64,000 nucleotides of DNA, from contig OZ024742.1 of NCBI GenBank assembly GCA_964016885.1, positions 52,204,001-52,268,000 on the forward strand. Reading direction: 5' to 3'. Origin of the DNA: Eledone cirrhosa. Its lineage: Eukaryota. Position 1 is the stretch's first letter. Every line of letters starts with the position of its first letter. Below the pieces are notes generated by a model. That model was not told where the DNA came from. It saw only the letters and a program-made list of their open reading frames with translations, and did not search any database. The position numbers were made by a program, and so were the translations under genes. Shown in pieces: positions 57,701-64,000 of the stretch.

Positions 57701-58640
57701 CGAATCTTGTCCTAGCCCGTCAGCATTCATCTCCTCAGTGGCCGTATCTCTGTTCCAGGTATTATTTATCTCAGTATTCAGATCATTGTCTGCTTCGGGT
57801 GGTTCCTTCGCTCTCAGGACCTCCTCACCTTCATTTCCCGCCGGCTCGCTTGTCTGGCATACTACACCCGCCATCTCCAAGCCATTCTCTCTGCTCAGTT
57901 CCTCCAGTTCCAGCTCGCTTATCCACCCATTAGTTCTTATTACCCGAGCCTGCCCGGCCAATTTTTGTTCATCTAATTTAAATAAACCAATCTCGTTCCA
58001 GATGTTATGCATCCGTCTCCTGTAGCCCCTCTCCTTGGGGTTACTTTTCAGGTAGCATTGCATAACAGTTCTATTCAATTCTTTCGTCCAGTTGGTTCTG
58101 GCCCCTTTCCTTCTTCTTCTTCCTCCAACATCAGCAGTATTTCGTTGACAGTCAGGTTCCTGCTGCTGAGCCAGGGGGCACCTGTTGGGTGAGAGTCTGT
58201 CACATGACGTTCTAGTCTCCATTTCACCGTTATTCGAACTGTTTATGTTCGATATTTAAACACTCTTATCGAGGATTGGCGAATGTATGTTTACATAGCC
58301 ATCTGTGGATCCGCCATCCCACTTGGCCCTTGTGTGGCATTATCACCACGCTGTATACGGACACACATAAACAAACAAACACACGGGCAGAAAGGGCCCC
58401 AAAAATGAATAAGCATAAGTTTCATTGTAATGTAGTATTCGAATGTCCGACTTAGTTTTTGTTTTTTAAGTTTTACTTTTCCCCCCCTCTTCTCTGTCCG
58501 TCCGCCTGCTTCTCTCTTCATTCTTATTTTCTTTACGTTTTTGGGGTTTCTTTTTTTGTTTTTGTTTTTCTCTGTTTTTCTCGTTTTTTACTGTTGTTGC
58601 TGTGCTGCTTTTGTTGTTTGTTTTTTCTTTTTTCTTTTGA
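54750..58640 (-). mobile_element. R4/Dong-like RLE non-LTR retrotransposon copy 5, apparently full length
   Basis: Single intact ORF, ~400-bp 5' UTR (part shared with copy 3), short 3' UTR ending in (TAA)n. Confidence 0.9.
54830..58222 (-). CDS. RT + CCHC zinc knuckle + restriction-like endonuclease polyprotein (R4/Dong clade), 1130 aa
   Basis: YRPITCLP, WIDYRKAFDMVPH, GIFQGDSLSP, FMDD, YKYLG, GGRGL, CRICGEREETVAHIVSEC, RHD, RPDLVV..IVDVACP..EKINRY. Confidence 0.95.
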   Translation of the reverse strand: METRTSCDRLSPNRCPLAQQQEPDCQRNTADVGGRRRRKGARTNWTKELNRTVMQCYLKSNPKERGYRRRMHNIWNEIGLFKLDEQKLAGQARVIRTNGWISELELEELSRENGLEMAGVVCQTSEPAGNEGEEVLRAKEPPEADNDLNTEINNTWNRDTATEEMNADGLGQDSVDILNLVVDELNNDSGRPMNLRFVDRKKLKETTAKVNKVIPYLEARSLHQCNNILKATANTVRKLLGIKARGNNRQERAEPWWKKRLSGQIGEMRNDIGKLESLLNGTLKNIGTKNRLEIKYKTRSKKLNIIIEELKQRIVAKSAKIRRYENRVSQYKQNRMFDNNQKMLFGQLEGKERGTDLIPGAEQAKTFWRGIWEQDVRHNAQAGWIETVQREIGEQAQQQTDLSITVETLKGQAKKLTNWKSPGPDGVQGYWIKHLTSLHPKLTAMFNDCLVSGEVPEWLTKGTTVLIMKDQIKGNDVTNYRPITCLPVMWKLLTSIVSEEIYHHLHTNNLLPDEQKGCRKKSRGTKDQLLIDKMVMGNCRRRHTDLAMGWIDYRKAFDMVPHSWITKSLEIFRVADNIRQLLGRSMGSWETELTSTGVSLGSVKIKRGIFQGDSLSPLLFVLALMPLTIMLRKVRAGYKLGRGELTINHLLFMDDLKLFGKSEKELDVLVDTVRIFSSDICMQFGIGKCGVIVMRRGRLSRSNGIQIPTGEMIKEIDSEEGYKYLGVLEADGIKNKKMKELLRTEYIRRVRSVLKSHLNSRNAISAVNSRAVSIIRYSAGILRWNVAEQKEMDRKTRKLLTIYNMFHKRSDVDRLYLRRSEGGRGLISIEDCVQMEKNNLYKYVTYSKEPMLRAVLKEGTVGQGIPKEEITSRRKSSLKGKSLHSTFFEKTEFRDPQTWNWLRRGDLKKATEGMLMAAQEQALKTKWLKHHIYKEEASPLCRICGEREETVAHIVSECKHLAQTHYKGWRHDVMGRVIHWHLCKVNNLPHSEKWYEHRPEAVMENNQVKVLWDFRIQTDKKLEHNRPDLVVVDKEKRSCLIVDVACPFDTRVQEKEREKINRYQDLKWEVKRIWNCHEVKVIPIVIGALGTISKGFQGWLKKIGPFTLFGTLQKACLLGTARTLRYVLNI

Positions 58641-58791
58641 GTCTATCTATATATTTTGATGCCTTCCTCTTTGTTAGTAGTAGGAATTCTATAATGTGGA
58701 AGTGGTAGCCAGCAGAGACTAGCGGCGTTGGCGATACTGAGACAGTGGTGGCGGTGATGTCGATACCGAGGCAGCGGTGGCGGTGATGCGA

Positions 58792-59067
58792 CCGTATTAC
58801 TGTAGTGATGGTGCTGTAGCGGTGGCAGCAGCAGTGAAGGAGTCAGGGGGTGGTGGCGGCGGTGATGGGACAGCGGTGGCAATGATGGCCGTAGTGAGCG
58901 GTGGCGGTGAAGGTGAAAATGCTGTTGTGTTTAGTGTACACAGATGATGGGGTGGGTGGTGTATCTAGTTTCTGGTGTTGGTGAGTTTCGCTGTCCTATA
59001 TAGTGTAGCCAGAGGAGAGGAGGGGGGGGGGTTCTTCTTCTTCCATTTATAGCCATTTTATTTTATT

Positions 59068-59098
<31 letters not shown>

Positions 59099-59466
59099 GG
59101 ATATACAGTGTACAATACAAAGTTGAATATTTGAATATTTGAGCCGTATTACTGTAGTGATGGTGCTGTAGCGGTGGCAGCAGCAGTGAAGGAGTCAGGG
59201 GGTGGTGGCGGCGGTGATGGGACAGCGGTGGCAATGATGGCCGTAGTGAGCGGTGGCGGTGAAGGTGAAAATGCTGTTGTGTTTAGTGTACACAGATGAT
59301 GGGGTGGGCGGTGTATCTAGTTTCTGGTGTTGGTGAGTTTAGCTGTCCTATATAGTGTAGCCAGAGGAGAGGAGGGGGGGGGGGGTTCTTCTTCTTCCAT
59401 TTATAGCCATTTTTTTTTTGGATATACAGTGTACAATACAAAGTTGAACATTTGAATATTTGAGCC
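58792..59466. repeat. Tandem duplication of a ~330-350-bp GGT/GGC-rich unit (58792-59143, 59144-59466)
   Basis: Near-identical copies joined at a CC microhomology; they differ mainly in the T-rich tract. Confidence 0.9.
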
Positions 59467-59633
59467 TTATAACAATATATTTTGGGTCCGAATTTTTTGG
59501 GGCTCAAGCCGGGTGCTTTACGTAGCATTTGTACTAAGAGTTGTTATTTCACAAATGATTTAAATATGTTAAAAATTCAAAACTTACGGGAGCGATTTCA
59601 TGACCTCCGTCACCTCGTGCGTCTTCTTCCCTA

Positions 59634-59673
<40 letters not shown>

Positions 59674-59887
59674 GTTATTATTATTGGCGACCTACGTAGT
59701 AAATCGTGAGCTCCGCAAAGGTTTGTTATTTCCGTTTGTTAAAAATTGCCATTTATGGAAAATTTTTATTGTTAACTATATATAAGTGCACATACATTGT
59801 TTTCCGAAAAGGACACCCAAAAAGATTGGGGCCTTGTGCCCAAAATTTAAACTTTTATGATTATCAAAAAATTTCTTTGGAAAAAAA

Positions 59888-61848
59888 TGGCTAATTCACC
59901 TCTGCACCAAGCAGCTGAAAGCCTTCCTCACAAATTAACACCTCGCAACGACACCACCAATGTAAATGTTACTACGTTTACCAACACTACAAAAAATATA
60001 AGCAGTAGCAATATTTTAAATTTGTCTCAGGCAGACATTCATTTCCCGCCATTACCGATGACTGCAGGTGTTAAAGCCTCCACCACCACCATCGCGACAA
60101 CCACCACCCCCACCACCGCGACAACAGAAACAAGAGGAAAAAATAAATCAACTCGTGATGACGAAATAATTTCAACCAAAATGGACTCTTCCACTTCCAC
60201 ACCGAAGACCACTGACGTCACCACCACCACAACTGAAACTAAAATTAATAATAACAAAAATAACGATAGCAACAACAACAACAATGACATTAAAAAAACC
60301 ACCCTGAGTTTTGCCAGAGTAGCAAAACGGTGCGAAGCATATACGGTAACTCAGGAGGAATTAGAAAATGCCAAACAAATGGTAAAGAAAGATGGGTACA
60401 GGGTCAGCCTCACCCCCACCTAATAAAATGGAGCATCGGCGCCTATGCACCGTGTCGTATCGAACAATAAATGTAAAATCGCGCCGAGTGGAACGGGCAT
60501 CCGAGTCCCAAATCCAAAAAGCTTTGGGACATGTGTGGGCAAGAAAAACCCACATCAGACGTGGGCAGAAGTATGGAACCGTGGACGTGTTCTTTGAAAC
60601 ACCAGAGGAGGCTAGAGAACACTCCATGGCTCCATTAAGAAGTGACGACTTCACACTCGTCCCAAGCTATTGTGGCCAGAGACTCGTAAAGATCAGGGTG
60701 ACTCACGTTCCACCGGCCATCGAAATTCACTGGCTAATAGCGGCCGTCCTGGCCGGCATCGAAGGCAACACAAAGATAATAGCAATAGAAAAAGAAAAGC
60801 AGGAGAACTGGTCCGGATCTGGGATGGAGCTCCTGATCCAAGCTGGACCAAAAAAGCATTGAGGAGATTCCAGAGGTAATAGACCTCACTGACGGCAGCC
60901 ACCTCACCGTAATTGTCGAGGGCAGAAGGCCTAGGTGTGTCGTTTGTGGTGAAGGACCCCACCTAAGGGCTTTCTGCCCTCAGGCTAAAAGGTTGAGGCC
61001 ACCTCTCCTACCCACCCCAGTGACACAACCATCAACACCACCAGTAGCAGAGATGGCAGCAACAACTGTAGCAGCAACAACAGAAGCAACTATAACAGCA
61101 ACAACCCCAGCAACAGTAGCAAAACCAACACCACCACCATCCAACGCTTCAGAACTAGCACCAGCGCCTACACCATCCACCACGCCACAACCAAAACTAA
61201 AGGCTGTGGAGGATTTTCCACTCCCCGGCCTATCACAACTGGAGACAGATTGTGACGACGAAGAGTGGGAAACGATATCCGGAAAAAAAAAGAAAACAAA
61301 AAGGAAAAAATTCTCTTCCTTCCCCCTCCAAAAACAAAATACAGAGGAAAACAAATAAATTAAGAAACAAAAAAGTTAGGACAGATATGCCACCATCCAC
61401 ACCAGCATCACCAACCCCATCAACCCAAACACCAACACCATCACCATCATTAACCCCAACACCACCATCACCTACACCACAAAAGTCACCAAAATGCGAA
61501 ACAGAAACAAACCCACAACAAACGCAAACAAAACATAACAACCAAAACGATACACACTACACAGCATTAAATTTGAACAACAAGCAATTATTACACTACA
61601 TCCAACACAACACCAGCATCACAGAAAAAGACTACACAACAACCCCAAAATTCACACCACCTCCACACATACAAATCACTCGCATCACACAGAAAACGTA
61701 CATGACACTAAAACAAAAATTCCCCAAAGACATCGGAGACTTTCGACAAGCACTCTCCAGGAGGATTTATAAGGACATCCTTCCTGAGGAGGCCACAAGC
61801 AGTGAAAAGGATGGAAAAACCGTCCTTCCCCTACGAGAAGTAAGGTAA
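59888..61848 (+). pseudogene. Tx1/L1-like ORF1 (gag-like), several frameshifts
   Basis: Pieces 59857-60423, 60392-60862, 60993-61358 and 61252-61848; CX2CX4HX4C knuckle CVVCGEGPHLRAFC at ~60935-60977; Thr/Pro-rich linkers. Confidence 0.8.
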
Positions 61849-61882
61849 GTGGTCTTTCCCATCTTTTCCACTCCTTTTCAAC

Positions 61883-64000
61883 ATGACCTCACTCAGAATA
61901 GGCAGCATAAATGCGCGTAGCTTGGGGTCGTCATGGAAGCAGGGCCACCTGCTCAACGACCTCAGGTCACTAAACATAGATGTAGTGGCCATCAGCGAGA
62001 CCAGAATCTCCGGAGCACAGGCTTTCGCACCGATCTTCGGCGGCTACGATGTGGGCGCATCTCCCAGCCGTCCGGGATCGGGGGGAGGAGTTGCTGTGCT
62101 TTTTCGGAGAGTTTTGGATCTTGCCATACGGGCCATCTTCCTGGACCCAGAAGGTAAGATGGGGGTGCTGGACGTGACCAGCGGAGACGGCCAAGCTTTC
62201 AGGTTAGTGGCCGTCTATGCCCCGACAGGAGCAGGGCGGCCTGATTTCTTCCGGCGTCTGGAGACCTTTCTTGGAACGTCCCGCTCTTTAGTGTTAGTGG
62301 GCGACTGGAACGGGATCTTAGATGCACGCTGGGATTGTGTGGGATTAGTGGATAGGGAACGAGGGTGCAAGAGTCTCACCAACCTGCTCAGACGTTTTGA
62401 ACTGTCTGACAGGTACCGAATGGATTTCCCGAATGTACCAATGTGGACTTGGACAAATCGCATAGGGTCATCCAGATCATATCTAGATAGAGTATTTTGT
62501 AGGGAAATAGATAGGTCTAGCATAGGCTGTCCACAATTCAAGATAGTCAGCTACACGGACCACAAATTCGTGTTCTGTGTGCTTGACTTAGATAGGCTTC
62601 ATAGACGAGGACCCGGCTACTGGAAGCTAAACGCGTCCTTACCAGCACACAAGGCCTACAGAGACCGGATTAGCGAACTAGTTAAGCGGGCGTTGACGGG
62701 GGCCATCGTCAACAACAAGTGGTAGTTTGCTCTGAAAAGAGCAATTAGAATAGAGTCCATTAGGTTTAGTAAGACTTTAGCAATAGAGAAAAATAGAGCA
62801 GAGGGAGAATTAGTTAGAAAATTAGATGAGGCGCTTAGCAAAGGCATCGCGACCGACGTACTTGCGGCGAAATTGGCCCTTGACCAATTCTTCAATGCAA
62901 AGCACGAAGGCTGCGTTGTCAGAGCTAGGGTGCGTGCTCTCAGACACGAGGGGACGAAAGCCGTTCAATGGGCCCGAGTGGCGGAGGCGCGTCGTGGCAA
63001 CAAAGCCACGATCCGGTCTTTGGTGGACCACGACGGGCGCATGCTACTCGATCCCGAGCAAATGTGTGAAGCTTTTCAGCGACATTTCACTCAACTGTTC
63101 GGGGGCAGTGGCGGGCCGGATGGAGAGATGGACTTTAGTGTCTACCTCGACGGACTGCCGCGGCTTTCGGCCACTGAGGCGGAGTGTTGCGAAAAGCCGA
63201 TAACAACCGCTGAAGTACGGGATGCAATGACTAGTTGCACAAGGGGTAAATCGCCTGGTTTGGATGGTCTGCCCTATGAACTTTACGTACAAATGCCAAA
63301 ATTGTTCGGAGGCCTCTTGGCGGACGTCTACTGCAACTGGCAACAGAACGGGAGAATTCCCAGTTCTGTGAGCCGAGGACCGGTGGCACTGCTGAGAAAG
63401 GATCCGAACAAGGGGGATAACATAGACAATTTCCGGCCCATAACTCTGCTAAACACAGAGTTCAAGATTTTGGCCAAGGTGCTAGTAAAGAGGTTGGCGC
63501 TTGTCGTTGGTGGTCTGGTGGGAGAGGCACAGACATGCGCCATTCCCGACAGATCCATTCACGACAACCTCCACCTCATGCGATACATCGTAGAGAGGGT
63601 AGCTAGGAACCTGGCACGGGTGGGTCTTTGATCAATTTAGATCAGTCAAAAGCCTTCGATAGGGTCGACCATCGTTACCTAGCGGCAGTCCTGAGGGCGG
63701 CTGGCTTTGGGCCCGTCTTCAGAGACTGGATCGCTGCCATGCACAGCGACATCTGCTCTGTAGTGAGAGTGAACGGTCACCTTTCGGAACCGTTCAACAT
63801 CATGCGCTCGGTCCGCCAAGGATGTCTTCCCGTCCCTCTTCAGGGGGGTCCCGCGCGAACTAGGATGCGGTAGATCCGTGTCAGCTATGCGGACGATGTC
63901 ACCGTAGTGGTGTCTAACGCCAAACACATCGAGGCGATCGGCACTACACTAAGAGAATACCAAACGGTGACAGGAGCAATTTATCAACCAGGAAAAGTCA
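61883..64000 (+). pseudogene. Tx1/L1-like ORF2 (APE endonuclease + RT), disrupted, runs off the window
   Basis: IGSINARSL, ISET, VGDWN, SYLDRV, YTDH, GPGYWKLN; GKSPGLDGL, FRPITLLN, LDQSKAFDRVDH, VRQG, YADD; TAG at 62723-62725 and frameshifts. Confidence 0.92.

Noticed and set aside
43490-58192. Recurrent plus-strand ORFs (MAFLLFRCDF.., MVTSLPLI.., MMVSSP..)
   Set aside because: Antisense to the Dong ORF; they recur only because the element is repeated
58223-58640. HDV-like ribozyme expected in the 5' UTR of some RLE elements
   Set aside because: I could not fit the nested double pseudoknot by eye; needs a descriptor search

Overview
AT-rich eukaryotic (animal) DNA made almost entirely of microsatellites and retroelements; I could not support any host protein-coding gene. 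The SINE family and the (TA)n/(CA)n density suggest a cephalopod-type mollusc genome (inference). About 1-42 kb is a (TA)n field with many fold-back (inverted-repeat) insertions. Reading their arms shows type I hammerhead ribozyme (HHR) folds from at least 6-8 distinct sequence families, three of which use the compensatory U3-A8 core. Several also carry Penelope-like (PLE) GIY-YIG/RT remnants, including an ATG-less endonuclease frame in the centre of a 3.2-kb palindrome that the ORF track misses. About 42-59 kb is a pile-up of R4/Dong-type RLE non-LTR elements at (TAA)n, one with an intact 1130-aa ORF, interleaved with opposite-strand Tx1-like 3' ends. About 59.7-64 kb is a recently disrupted L1/Tx1-type element.
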